Shown piece by piece: positions 20,532-30,027 of a stretch of DNA of 64,000 nucleotides. Positions within the stretch are counted from its first letter, which is position 1. Each line of letters starts with the position of its first letter. The stretch lies in assembly GCF_043726505.1 (NCBI RefSeq), contig NZ_JAYSKH010000265.1. One strand, written 5' to 3'. Under the pieces are notes generated by a model, which saw nothing but the letters and a program-made list of their open reading frames with translations, had not been told where the DNA came from and made no database searches. The position numbers and the translations under genes were made by a program. This DNA is from Undibacterium sp. (GTDB lineage Bacteria; Pseudomonadota; Gammaproteobacteria; Burkholderiales; Burkholderiaceae_D).

Positions 20532-21608
20532 ATGGCATTGATCCCCACCACCATCCTGACCGGCTTCCTCGGCGCAGGTAAAACTACGCTGCTGAACCGT
20601 ATTCTGCAGGAAGACCACGGCCACAAGATTGCCGTCATCGAGAATGAATTCGGCCAGGAAAATATCGACAATGAAATCCTTGTTCAGGACAGCAATGAGC
20701 AGATCGTTGAGATGAACAATGGCTGCATCTGCTGCACGGTGCGCGGCGACCTGATCGTCGCGCTCAGCAAACTGGCCGAGCAAAAGCGCGACGGCATCCT
20801 GCACTTTGACCGCGTGATCATAGAAACCACAGGCCTGGCTAACCCCGGCCCGGTGGCGCAGACCTTCTTCGTCGATGATGAAGTGGGCATGAGCTACATG
20901 CTGGACGCGGTCGTTACCGTGGTGGATGCGCGACACGCGATGCAGCAACTGGATGAGCACGAAGAAGCGCAAAGGCAGGTGGGTTTCGCTGACAAGATAT
21001 TGCTGTCCAAGACCGACCTCGTCGACGCGTCGCAGGTGGCGGCATTACGCACGCGGCTGACACGCATCAATCCGCGCACCAGCATCGTGCCTGTTGATTT
21101 CGGCAAGGTTGCGATCGATGAAGTGCTGGACCTGCGCGGCTTCAACCTGAATGCCAAGCTGGAACTGGACCCCGACTTCCTGCTGGCGGAAGAGGAACAT
21201 GAACACGGCCATGAGCACGCGCATGAGCACAATCATGCACACGAAGACGGCCATGTGCATGATGAAAACTGCAAACATGACCATCATGACCACCACCATG
21301 CGCACCACAGCGACGACATCGCCGCCTTCGTCTTTAAAAGCCCGCGCCCTTTCGATACCGCCAAGCTGGATGAGTTCCTGGGCGGCCTGGTGCAGGTCTT
21401 TGGGCCGCGCATGTTGCGCTACAAGGGCGTGCTGCTGATGGACGGCGCCGACCGTAAGGTCATTTTCCAGGGAGTGCACCAGATCATGGGCACGGACGTG
21501 GGCGGCAAATGGGCGGATGGCGAAACCCGTGAAAGCAAGATGGTTTTTATTGGCAAAAATCTACCAAAAGATATTTTTATTGAAGGATTAAGCCAATGTT
21601 TGGTATAA
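20532..21608 (+). CDS. COG0523/CobW-family GTPase (zinc metallochaperone-like)
   Basis: GFLGAGKTT, ENEFG, GCICCT, IETTGLA, His-rich insert, RYKG, FQGVH. Confidence 0.93.
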   Translation: MALIPTTILTGFLGAGKTTLLNRILQEDHGHKIAVIENEFGQENIDNEILVQDSNEQIVEMNNGCICCTVRGDLIVALSKLAEQKRDGILHFDRVIIETTGLANPGPVAQTFFVDDEVGMSYMLDAVVTVVDARHAMQQLDEHEEAQRQVGFADKILLSKTDLVDASQVAALRTRLTRINPRTSIVPVDFGKVAIDEVLDLRGFNLNAKLELDPDFLLAEEEHEHGHEHAHEHNHAHEDGHVHDENCKHDHHDHHHAHHSDDIAAFVFKSPRPFDTAKLDEFLGGLVQVFGPRMLRYKGVLLMDGADRKVIFQGVHQIMGTDVGGKWADGETRESKMVFIGKNLPKDIFIEGLSQCLV

Positions 21609-21806
21609 ACTAGCGGGCTACTGAGAGCGGCTAAGCCGTTTTGAGCTAAATGACCGGTGTCATGCAGAGGTCATTTACTTTGTCAGTAAGGGGAGGATAA
21701 TGGCCTTGTCTGGATAGCTCTCATGGAAAATAGTAATAATGTGAAGCCATGATCGCGTCCCGGCTATTACTTGTGTGTTAACCCGTCGTATCGAAAGTTA
21801 AGCGAA

Positions 21807-22262
21807 GTGGCAACTAAATCACCTAAATCGACTGCAACAGTCAATGCGCCTGCAACTCTGCTCACCGAAGAAGAAATTCTGAAGATGGGCGAGAAGGACT
21901 ATATGAACGATGCACAACTGGCATTTTTCAAGGCCCGTTTGCAACAGCTTGAGAAGGATTTGCTTAAAAACGCCGACGAAACAACGGAACATCTGCGTGA
22001 AACAGTGCTGGTTCCTGATCCGGCCGACCGCGCCACGATCGAGGAAGAACATGCGCTGGAACTGCGTACCCGCGACCGTGAACGCAAACTGCTGAAAAAA
22101 GTACAGCAGTCCATCGCCAGTATTGATGAAGGCGATTACGGCTGGTGCGAAGAAACTGGCGAACCTATCGGTGTTCCCCGTTTGCTGGCCCGTCCGACAG
22201 CGACCCTGTCGCTGGAAGCGCAGCAAAGACGCGAGATGAAGCAAAAGCTGTACGGTGACTGA
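21807..22262 (+). CDS. dksA: RNA polymerase-binding transcription factor DksA (one-Cys, zinc-finger-less type)
   Basis: YMNDAQLAFFK, PDPADRA coiled-coil tip, YGWCEETGEPIG...LSLEAQ. GTG start at 21807 is assumed. Confidence 0.93.
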   Translation: MATKSPKSTATVNAPATLLTEEEILKMGEKDYMNDAQLAFFKARLQQLEKDLLKNADETTEHLRETVLVPDPADRATIEEEHALELRTRDRERKLLKKVQQSIASIDEGDYGWCEETGEPIGVPRLLARPTATLSLEAQQRREMKQKLYGD

Positions 22263-22294
22263 TTGCACGGCAAGCTGTGCGAAACGCTTGACAG

Positions 22295-22325
22295 AAAGCG
22301 TGCAGGCCTACTGCACGCTTTTTTT
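22295..22325 (+). terminator. Intrinsic terminator after dksA
   Basis: AAAGCGTGCAG-GCCTA-CTGCACGCTTT-TTTT. Confidence 0.88.
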
Positions 22326-22704
22326 ATGCCCAAAACTGTAACCAATCCAATTACAGATGCTGCCAGCGCGTACGGGTGCAAGCAGTACCGCGACTTGTAA
22401 ATATTTGTAAATGAGAAACAGTTTTGTGCACCGCTGATTCAGAATTAGGCCCCGAAACGGGCCCAGATTCGCAGATGAAACATCCGCATTTTCGTCTATA
22501 GTCTGTTAAATTAGCACGATACCGACAATAGTTAACGCTAATTGGGGTTTGTGCGATAGCCGAAGCCGGCACGCTTAACAATAATTGAGTGAATGGGACT
22601 ATACTTTAGTCTCGCGAATGGGCGCCTATCCGGCACCTATGGATCTTTTTTGTTCAAAGTCACAGTTAACGGTAGCACTTGCCTACCTAACGCACAGGAT
22701 TAAC

Positions 22705-24192
22705 GTGGGGATTTTTTCGCTTTTCGGTAAGAAGAACGAGCAGAAGGAAAAAACTTCCACTGCGCGGACTTCCTCTAAAAACTCGCAGCCCAAGGGGGCT
22801 GAACCCTCATCGGAAAACGCTGTCACCGACGATGCATTCGCCCAGTCCGTACTGGCGCAGAAGCACAAGGCGCGTGCTACGGAGCGCAAGATAGACGCCA
22901 TCGAATTTGAAATGTCGCGTGATATCGTCCGCTCCAAACCCGGCAGCATGCGCAATACAACCATCGGCGGCGGTCCGGTTACCCAGGCACACGCGACCAC
23001 GATCCAGGCAGCCCCTACGCCGGCTAAACCGGCAGCCAATACGTCATTGGGCCGGAAGGCTATTCCCGCCGCGCAGCTAGCGACCGATTTCCAGAGCACG
23101 ATGCCGCTGGTCGGCCCCAATACCGATTATCTGCTGGGCAGCACCGATACGCTAGGCAGGCATGACACACTGGTGGCCGCTACACTGGCGCCAACCGAAT
23201 CGGTGCCGGTGCTGGAAGAAGCCGCGATCCTGTTCGCCAGCGGACAATCCAACGTTGCCGAACAGATGCTGTCCAGCTGGATTCACCAGGATGGACTGGG
23301 ACCGGCAGCCCAGCTAGGCTGGTACATGCTGTTTGACCTGTACCAGATCACCGGCAAACAGCCAAAGTTTGAAGCGCTGTCGCTCGAATACGCAAGCAAG
23401 TTCGAAACCTCACCGCCGATATGGGTGGACTCTTCCAAACAAACTGCAGATGCCGACACCAGCAGCCATCCCGGTGATATCCCCAGTGTCTCTTTCCCCA
23501 AACAGCTGGATGGGGACATCGTCAAGCTGTTGGACAAGCTGCAGGAATTGAGCCAGAAAAGCCGCACGATCAAGCTGGAATTCGCGCGTGTCAAGCAGGT
23601 GGACCCGGCCGGTGCCGCACTGCTGCTGGCGGCCATAAAGAAGTTGAACAAGTCCGGGCACGACCTGGTGCTGGTTGGCGCGCATGAGCTGACGGTATCG
23701 CTGCGCAGCATCCTGGAAGTGGGCCGCCGCGACGAAACCGAAGCGCCATGGCTGCTGCTGCTGGAAATTTTACAACTGCTGCAGCTAGAGCAGGTGTTCG
23801 AAGAAACCAGCATCGACTACTGCATTACGTTTGAAGTATCGCCACCGTCTTTCGTCGCGCCGAAAAACAAGGTCACCACGTCCGCGCCGGAACTTGAAAT
23901 CGAAACGCCTTCCGACCGTTTCATGATGCCATCCGTCATAGAAGGCAAGACAGATGCGCTGATCGGCCAGATTACCGAGCACGCCAAACAGCACGACACT
24001 GTGCTGCTCGACTGCTCACAGCTGGAAAGAGTGGAATTCGGCGCATCGGCACAGCTGCTGAGCGGCCTGGTGCCGCTGGCCACGCAAAAAGATACGACGA
24101 TACAGTTCCACGAAGTCAATTACCTGGTAATGGCGCTATTTAACGCCATGGGCCTGAAAAACGTCGCCGCGATCTTTCCGCGTAAACGTTAA
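22705..24192 (+). CDS. Hypothetical protein: low-complexity N-terminus, TPR/FimV-like helical segment, two STAS-like domains
   Basis: GTG start (VGIFSLFGKK); VLEEAAILFASGQ...LFDLYQITG helical repeat; IKLEFARVKQVDPAGA and VLLDCSQLERVEFGASAQL STAS-like motifs. Confidence 0.7.
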   Translation: MGIFSLFGKKNEQKEKTSTARTSSKNSQPKGAEPSSENAVTDDAFAQSVLAQKHKARATERKIDAIEFEMSRDIVRSKPGSMRNTTIGGGPVTQAHATTIQAAPTPAKPAANTSLGRKAIPAAQLATDFQSTMPLVGPNTDYLLGSTDTLGRHDTLVAATLAPTESVPVLEEAAILFASGQSNVAEQMLSSWIHQDGLGPAAQLGWYMLFDLYQITGKQPKFEALSLEYASKFETSPPIWVDSSKQTADADTSSHPGDIPSVSFPKQLDGDIVKLLDKLQELSQKSRTIKLEFARVKQVDPAGAALLLAAIKKLNKSGHDLVLVGAHELTVSLRSILEVGRRDETEAPWLLLLEILQLLQLEQVFEETSIDYCITFEVSPPSFVAPKNKVTTSAPELEIETPSDRFMMPSVIEGKTDALIGQITEHAKQHDTVLLDCSQLERVEFGASAQLLSGLVPLATQKDTTIQFHEVNYLVMALFNAMGLKNVAAIFPRKR

Positions 24193-24329
24193 GCCCGGAT
24201 TAAGCCCTAAGTTTCATCCGCAACATCCCTGGCGGCCTGACACCGATACGCTGGAAACCGCCTGCCCTCGCAGGCGGCGTATGCCATCCTCTCGCGCGCT
24301 GGTATCCCCTGAGTATCCCTTGACCAGAC

Positions 24330-24358
24330 CTTGCAAACGCCAGCGCCTGCCCCCACTT
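24330..24358 (+). promoter_or_regulatory. Candidate sigma-32 (RpoH) promoter for hslVU
   Basis: CTTGCAA-N14-CCCCACTT, close to the CTTGAA-N13/14-CCCCAT consensus, upstream of a canonical heat-shock operon. Confidence 0.6.
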
Positions 24359-24515
24359 CCTTAGCACTGGTGTTTTACACCATGCAATACCGACAATAGC
24401 TTTTATCGCGCTGCTCTACCGCTTCGTCTTACACGAAGCGATATGTGTCTTTTTGACATGCAGATTGACGCAACAGCAAAGCGGAACGGCATCATCATTC
24501 AATTTTGAGGCTCTT

Positions 24516-25052
24516 ATGGAACAATTTCACGGCACTACCATCCTGTCCGTGCGGCGCGGCAACCTGGTTGCGCTAGGCGGCGACGGCCAGGTTACGCTGG
24601 GCAATATCGTCATGAAAGGCACGGCGCGCAAAGTGCGCAAGCTGTACCACAACAAAGTACTGGCAGGGTTTGCTGGCGGCACCGCTGATGCCTTCACGCT
24701 GATAGAACGCTTTGAGGCGAAGCTGGAAAAACACCAGGGCCACCTGATGCGCGCATCGGTGGAACTGGCCAAGGACTGGCGCACAGACCGCATGCTGCGC
24801 CGGCTGGAAGCGATGCTGCTGGTGGCCGACAAGGAAACCACGCTGGTCATCACCGGCAACGGTGATGTGCTGGAGCCGACAGATGGCATAGGTGCGATAG
24901 GCTCAGGCGGCACCTTTGCGCAATCCGCTGCCAAGGCCTTGCAGGAAAACACCGACCTGTCTCCGATAGAAATCGTCAAGAAGTCGCTGACGATTGCCGG
25001 CGAATTGTGCATCTACACCAATTTGTCGCACACCATAGAAACGCTGGATTAA
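24516..25052 (+). CDS. hslV: ATP-dependent protease subunit HslV
   Basis: GTTILSV (N-terminal Thr nucleophile), [23 protein letters not shown]. Confidence 0.97.
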   Translation: MEQFHGTTILSVRRGNLVALGGDGQVTLGNIVMKGTARKVRKLYHNKVLAGFAGGTADAFTLIERFEAKLEKHQGHLMRASVELAKDWRTDRMLRRLEAMLLVADKETTLVITGNGDVLEPTDGIGAIGSGGTFAQSAAKALQENTDLSPIEIVKKSLTIAGELCIYTNLSHTIETLD

Positions 25053-25068
25053 GCTGGAACAACACACC

Positions 25069-26409
25069 ATGAACATGACTCCCCAAGAGATCGTCTCTGA
25101 ACTGGACAAACACGTTGTCGGCCAGGACAAGGCCAAACGCGCCGTCGCGATTGCCTTGCGCAACCGCTGGCGCCGGCAGCAGGTGGCTGAGCCCCTGCGC
25201 CATGAAATCACACCGAAAAACATCCTCATGATAGGGCCTACAGGCGTGGGCAAGACCGAGATCGCGCGCCGCCTGGCCAAGCTGGCCGATGCGCCTTTCA
25301 TCAAGATTGAAGCAACCAAATTTACCGAAGTCGGTTATGTAGGCCGCGACGTGGATACCATCATCCGCGACCTGATCGACATCGGCATCAAGCAGACCCG
25401 CGAAACAGCGACCCGCAAGGTACGCGCCCAAGCGGAAGACGCAGCGGAAGACCGCGTTCTGGATATCCTGTTGCCACAGCCGCGCGACTTTGGTTTCAAT
25501 TCAAACACAGCCGCAGCGCCGGAAGCCGACAACAACGTGACACGCCAGACCTTCCGCAAGCGTCTGCGTGAAGGCGAACTGGACGACAAGGAAATCGAGA
25601 TCGACGTTGCCGAAGCCGGCCCGCAAATGGAAATCATGGCGCCGCCCGGCATGGAAGAAATGACCGAGCAGATCAAGACCATGTTTTCCGGCATGGGCAA
25701 TGGCCGCAAGAAATCGCGCAAGCTGAAGATCAAGGATGCGATGAAGCTGCTGATCGAGGAAGAAGCCGGCAAGCTGGTCAATGAAGATGAGTTGAAGCAG
25801 AAGGCGATTGCCAATGTCGAGCAGAACGGCATCGTATTCCTGGACGAGATCGACAAGATCGCCAACCGTTCCGAGATGGGTGGTGCCGATGTGTCACGCG
25901 CCGGTGTGCAGCGGGATCTGCTGCCGCTGGTGGAAGGCACAACCGTCAACACCAAGTACGGCATGATCAAGACCGACCACATCCTGTTCATCGCATCGGG
26001 CGCTTTCCATCTGGCCAAGCCCTCCGATCTGATACCGGAACTGCAGGGCCGCTTCCCTATCCGGGTGGAACTGGAGTCATTGTCGATTGCCGACTTTGAA
26101 CGCATCCTGACCAGCACCGATGCCTGCCTGACCAAGCAGTACGAAGCCCTGCTGGCCACCGAAGACGTGAAAGTGGATTTCTCCAAGGATGGCGTAGAAC
26201 GCCTCGCGGGTATTGCGTATTCCGTCAATGAAACCACGGAAAACATCGGCGCCCGCCGCCTGTACACGGTGATGGAAAAATTGCTGGAAGAAGTGTCTTT
26301 CGATGCGCATCAGAAGAGCGGCCAGACCATCGTTATCGATGCAGCCTACGTGGAAGAAAAGCTGGGTGCGCTGTCGGTCAATGAAGACCTGTCGCGCTAT
26401 GTGCTGTAA
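25069..26409 (+). CDS. hslU: ATP-dependent protease ATPase subunit HslU
   Basis: [45 protein letters not shown]. Confidence 0.97.
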   Translation: MNMTPQEIVSELDKHVVGQDKAKRAVAIALRNRWRRQQVAEPLRHEITPKNILMIGPTGVGKTEIARRLAKLADAPFIKIEATKFTEVGYVGRDVDTIIRDLIDIGIKQTRETATRKVRAQAEDAAEDRVLDILLPQPRDFGFNSNTAAAPEADNNVTRQTFRKRLREGELDDKEIEIDVAEAGPQMEIMAPPGMEEMTEQIKTMFSGMGNGRKKSRKLKIKDAMKLLIEEEAGKLVNEDELKQKAIANVEQNGIVFLDEIDKIANRSEMGGADVSRAGVQRDLLPLVEGTTVNTKYGMIKTDHILFIASGAFHLAKPSDLIPELQGRFPIRVELESLSIADFERILTSTDACLTKQYEALLATEDVKVDFSKDGVERLAGIAYSVNETTENIGARRLYTVMEKLLEEVSFDAHQKSGQTIVIDAAYVEEKLGALSVNEDLSRYVL

Positions 26410-26438
26410 CTACTGTTGTAACTGCTGCTGTAACTAGC
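26403..26438 (+). repeat. Three 12-bp tandem units spanning the hslU stop codon
   Basis: GCTGTAACTACT GTTGTAACTGCT GCTGTAACTAGC. Confidence 0.8.
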
Positions 26439-26457
26439 TGCACAACTGAAGTAGAAT

Positions 26458-26497
26458 AAAAAGCCCGGCATGCTTGATCAGCATGCCGGGCTTTTTT
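26458..26497. terminator. Bidirectional intrinsic terminator after hslU
   Basis: AAAAAGCCCGGCATGCT-TGATC-AGCATGCCGGGCTTTTTT. Confidence 0.9.
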
Positions 26498-26511
26498 ACT
26501 GGAGGATCTTC

Positions 26512-26697
26512 ATGGCAAACAAAACGCTGGGCACCCGCCAGAAGCTGAGTTTCCGCATTGAGCCGGCACAGTCCAAACCGCGCAATCCGGTGGCTATAGC
26601 CGCCAAGCAGCGGGCGGCGGGGCCGCATAAAAAGACCGCGTCGGCAGTCAGACAGGCGCAGAAGCTGGCCGTCAAAAAGGGCGATACCGAGCCTTAG
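26512..26697 (+). CDS. Small basic hypothetical protein (61 aa)
   Basis: GGAGG RBS at 26501-26505, ATG 26512; MANKTLGTRQKLSFRIEPAQSKPRNPVAIAAKQRAAGPHKK...; fills the gap with no competing gene. Confidence 0.7.
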   Translation: MANKTLGTRQKLSFRIEPAQSKPRNPVAIAAKQRAAGPHKKTASAVRQAQKLAVKKGDTEP

Positions 26698-26732
26698 TCG
26701 GGTCTTAGCCGAAGCTTGGCTCAACTGTTAAT

Positions 26733-27737
26733 TCAGTTCAGCTCCTGCTTCGCATCGCGCGCCAGCAGGCGCCCTATCATCTGCTGTACCGGCACATCAT
26801 CAAACAGCACGCCTGCCACTGCATCGGCAATCGGCATTTCCACCTTCAGCTTGGCCGCCAGCGCCCTGACCGCCTGCGCGCAGCGCACGCCTTCGGCCAC
26901 ATGGCCCAACTCCGCGACGATCACCGGCAGCGACTTGCCCTGCGCCAGCGCAAGCCCAACCTTACGATTGCGCGACAGGTCGCCGGTGCAGGTCAGGATC
27001 AGGTCGCCGACACCGGTCAGGCCCATCAGCGTTTCCACGCGGCCGCCCAATACCGAACTCAGGCGGCTGATTTCCGCCAGGCCGCGCGTGATCAGCGCAG
27101 CGCGTGCATTCAGGCCCAGGCCCAAACCGTCGGCAATGCCGGTCGCAATGGCGAGGATGTTCTTGACCGCGCCGCCCACTTCCACGCCGACGAGGTCATC
27201 GCTGGAATACACACGCAGCGCATTGCCGTGTGCGGCGCTGACTACCTGCCGGCACAGCTCAGCGGATGACGACGCAATCGTCAGCGCGCATGGCATGCCT
27301 TTAGCGACTTCCTGTGCAAACGAAGGGCCGGACAGCGCGCCGGCGGCAATGCCACCGCCGTCTCCCAGCACCTGCTGCACGACCTGGTGCGGCAGCAGCA
27401 TGCTGCCCTCTTCAAATCCCTTGCACAGCCAGACGACACGCTTGGGCGCATACGGCAGGCATTGCTGCAACGCCGGGCGCAAACCCGCCACCGACGTCGC
27501 CAGGATCAGCAGATCAGCCGGATCGGCAACGTGTTTCAGTGCCACATCGAAGTCCGCCGTCACCTGCAAACCGGCCGGCAGAGTAAAGCCGGGCAGGTAG
27601 GTATTATTGTCGCGCGTTTCCGCCATCTGCTGCATCAGCGCAGTGTTGCGGCCCCACAGCAGCATGTCATTGCGCGCCGCCAGCGACATCGCCAGCGCGG
27701 TGCCCCAGGCGCCCGCGCCCAAAATGGTGATTTTCAT
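26733..27737 (-). CDS. gpsA: NAD(P)H-dependent glycerol-3-phosphate dehydrogenase
   Basis: GAGAWGTAL, LSGPSFA, GGAVKN, GDLILTCTGDLSRN. Confidence 0.96.
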   Translation of the reverse strand: MKITILGAGAWGTALAMSLAARNDMLLWGRNTALMQQMAETRDNNTYLPGFTLPAGLQVTADFDVALKHVADPADLLILATSVAGLRPALQQCLPYAPKRVVWLCKGFEEGSMLLPHQVVQQVLGDGGGIAAGALSGPSFAQEVAKGMPCALTIASSSAELCRQVVSAAHGNALRVYSSDDLVGVEVGGAVKNILAIATGIADGLGLGLNARAALITRGLAEISRLSSVLGGRVETLMGLTGVGDLILTCTGDLSRNRKVGLALAQGKSLPVIVAELGHVAEGVRCAQAVRALAAKLKVEMPIADAVAGVLFDDVPVQQMIGRLLARDAKQELN

Positions 27738-27793
27738 TGTGTATTAACCTCGCATGCCATCGCAGCGGTCTCTCTTGCAAGCGTGATCGATAT

Positions 27794-27828
27794 AAAAAAA
27801 GGACAGCAGGCTATCCCGTTGTCCTTTT
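27794..27828 (-). terminator. Intrinsic terminator downstream of the SH3 gene
   Basis: AAAAGGACAGC...GTTGTCCTTTT hairpin with a U-tract on the minus strand. Confidence 0.7.
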
Positions 27829-27880
27829 GATGGCAGCCCCGAAGGCTTTCATCGTGCGGCAGCGTCTTTAGAAATGAGTC

Positions 27881-28327
27881 TTATACGCCCCAGACTTCGG
27901 ATGCCTTGATGTAGCCCAGCTGCCCATCCTTGTGCTTGACCTTCAGCCAGCCGCTGGCGGCAGGCTCTGCCAGCTCCAGCAATACGTTCTTGTCGGCGCT
28001 GAATACGACGGCAGCGGCATCATCCGCCGTGGCGCGTACTTTGGCGTTGGCGACGCGCACGACCACATTGCGGCGCGCCAGCAGTTCCTTGGATTCTACC
28101 CAGCTCAGGTCGCCAGCCATGTCGCGCACCTTGCTCCAGGTGCCGTAGGTCAGGATCACTTCCACCGGCATGCCGCGTGGCGCGACATACAGCTTGCCGC
28201 CCTTGCTGGAAGGAGCGTCATACAGGATCACAGGCGAAGCGCCTATCGATTTGAATTCCAGCGCATAGGCGGCACCCGTCAGCAGGCTGAGGCCAGCCAG
28301 CAAAGGCAAAAGCAGAAAACGACGCAT
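27881..28327 (-). CDS. Secreted tandem bacterial SH3-domain protein
   Basis: Signal peptide MRRFLLLPLLAG...AYA; two SH3b-like repeats (GMPVEV...WSKVRD; WLKVKHKDGQLGYI). Confidence 0.85.
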   Translation of the reverse strand: MRRFLLLPLLAGLSLLTGAAYALEFKSIGASPVILYDAPSSKGGKLYVAPRGMPVEVILTYGTWSKVRDMAGDLSWVESKELLARRNVVVRVANAKVRATADDAAAVVFSADKNVLLELAEPAASGWLKVKHKDGQLGYIKASEVWGV

Positions 28328-28475
28328 ATCACGCATAAAATCAGAACTCCTAAGGAAACCGGCTGAAACGCAGGCAAGTACCCGGCTACAGCCACAGCCA
28401 CGATCCGCAGCAGCCGAACCCGGCAACGGTTTTACCCGTTCAGGTCCGGCGGCAATCTTCAGGCCATTGGTGCTA

Positions 28476-28967
28476 CTAGTGTGTTGTCGTGCCTTCAGGA
28501 GCGGCGCCATCTACCGGCAATGCTGCCTGTTGCTCGGCCAGGTTTTGCAGGCGCTGAGCATAGAAGGCTTCAAAATTGATTTCAGCCAGATGCACAGGCG
28601 GGAAACCAGCACGGGTGATCGCATCGGCGATATTAGCGCGCAGATAAGGGTAGACGATGTTAGGGCAGCCGATGCCGAGCAGCGGATCCAGCTGGTCGGC
28701 CGGAATGTTGCGCGCTTCGAATATACCAGCCTGTTTGCCTTCTACCAGGAAAGCGACCTTGTCTTTGACCTTGGCCGTTACAGTAATGGTAACGGTGGAT
28801 TCAACGATGCCATCGGCCAGTTGTTCTGCGCCCACGTCTACTGCAACTTCTATGCTTGGCGCCTCTTGTTCCAGGAAGATGCCTGGGGAATTAGGCTGTT
28901 CAAGCGACAAATCTTTCAGATAAACGCGTTGAATTTGAAATACGGGCTGCAGATTTTCGTCAGACAT
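28476..28967 (-). CDS. secB: Protein-export chaperone SecB
   Basis: [37 protein letters not shown]. Confidence 0.97.
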   Translation of the reverse strand: MSDENLQPVFQIQRVYLKDLSLEQPNSPGIFLEQEAPSIEVAVDVGAEQLADGIVESTVTITVTAKVKDKVAFLVEGKQAGIFEARNIPADQLDPLLGIGCPNIVYPYLRANIADAITRAGFPPVHLAEINFEAFYAQRLQNLAEQQAALPVDGAAPEGTTTH

Positions 28968-29156
28968 GTGAGGCTTTCTAAGATACTAAAAGATTAATAA
29001 TGAACAGCGAGGGGACAAAACGGCTGCATTGGCAGCTTCGGCTATTTTGCCCCGATTCCGTCCGGATGCCTGCTGCGGACAGGCACCTCCCGGACTCGTG
29101 TAAGCCCGCAACTCGCTATTCTAACAAGCACAACCCTAAAACAGCAATCAGCGCAA

Positions 29157-29420
29157 TCAGGCTTGCTGTAATAAAGGATCGAGCTTGCCAGCCCTGTCCA
29201 GCGCGGACAGGTCATCAAAGCCACCTACATGGGTTTCCCCTATGTAAATCTGCGGCACGGTGCGACGCCCGGTCTTCTGCATCATGTTTTCCCTGATGGC
29301 AGGATCGAGGTCCACACGTATCTTTTCGATATTATCGACGCCCTTGGACTTCAACAGGCGTTCCGCCATGACGCAATAGGGGCAAACGGCGGTGCTATAC
29401 ATTACTACGTGGGATGTCAT
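29157..29420 (-). CDS. grxC: Glutaredoxin 3
   Basis: CPYC, TVPQIYIG, GGFDDL; rhodanese-grxC-secB synteny. Confidence 0.95.
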   Translation of the reverse strand: MTSHVVMYSTAVCPYCVMAERLLKSKGVDNIEKIRVDLDPAIRENMMQKTGRRTVPQIYIGETHVGGFDDLSALDRAGKLDPLLQQA

Positions 29421-29476
29421 GATTTCCTCCAGCTTATCGCTACGTATTTATTACAGCGCCTATTATCCCGCATTCC

Positions 29477-29887
29477 TCACTTTACCGTCGGCAAGCCCTG
29501 TGCTGTCCAGGCTGACTGGCCGCCTTCGAGGCTGAAAGCCTGTTCGAAGCCGGCATTTTTCAATATTGACAGCGCGCTGGCCGAGCGTATGCCGCGGTCA
29601 CAAACGACGATAGTGGTCGCATTTTTTGATTTTTCGATTTCCTTGATGCGGTTCGGCAATTCAGCCAGAGGGATATTTTTAGCGTTCTGCAGATGGCCGG
29701 AAGCGAATTCCTCTGCATTACGCACATCCAGCACCAGGGTTTTGCCCTGATTCATGAACTGCGTAGCTTGCAGTGAGGAAACTTTGGCGCCCCGCCTTTG
29801 CAGTACGGGCACCAGCAAAGCGATGCCGGAAGCGATGATCAGGGCCAGCAACAGCAGGTTAAAAAGGTTGTCAGTAAAGAATTTCAC
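29477..29887 (-). CDS. Membrane-anchored rhodanese-like protein (YibN-like)
   Basis: N-terminal TM, DVRNAEEFASGHL, CDRGIRS, LEGG..AW; GTG start at 29887. Confidence 0.9.
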   Translation of the reverse strand: MKFFTDNLFNLLLLALIIASGIALLVPVLQRRGAKVSSLQATQFMNQGKTLVLDVRNAEEFASGHLQNAKNIPLAELPNRIKEIEKSKNATTIVVCDRGIRSASALSILKNAGFEQAFSLEGGQSAWTAQGLPTVK

Positions 29888-30027
29888 AGGATTCCAATGG
29901 GTATAAATGGTTTTAGGTAACCCTATCATTATAAAATAGAAGGGAAGGCTGTAGCCTATCTTCTCATTTCCTGCTATCAACCCTGTTATCGACCCTATCA
30001 ACCCTTACTGTCTCCCCTATTTCCACC

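Noticed and set aside
24361-24387. Possible CIRCE element upstream of hslV (TTAGCACT...)
   Set aside because: Only the left half-site matches; the right arm GAGTGCTAA is absent.
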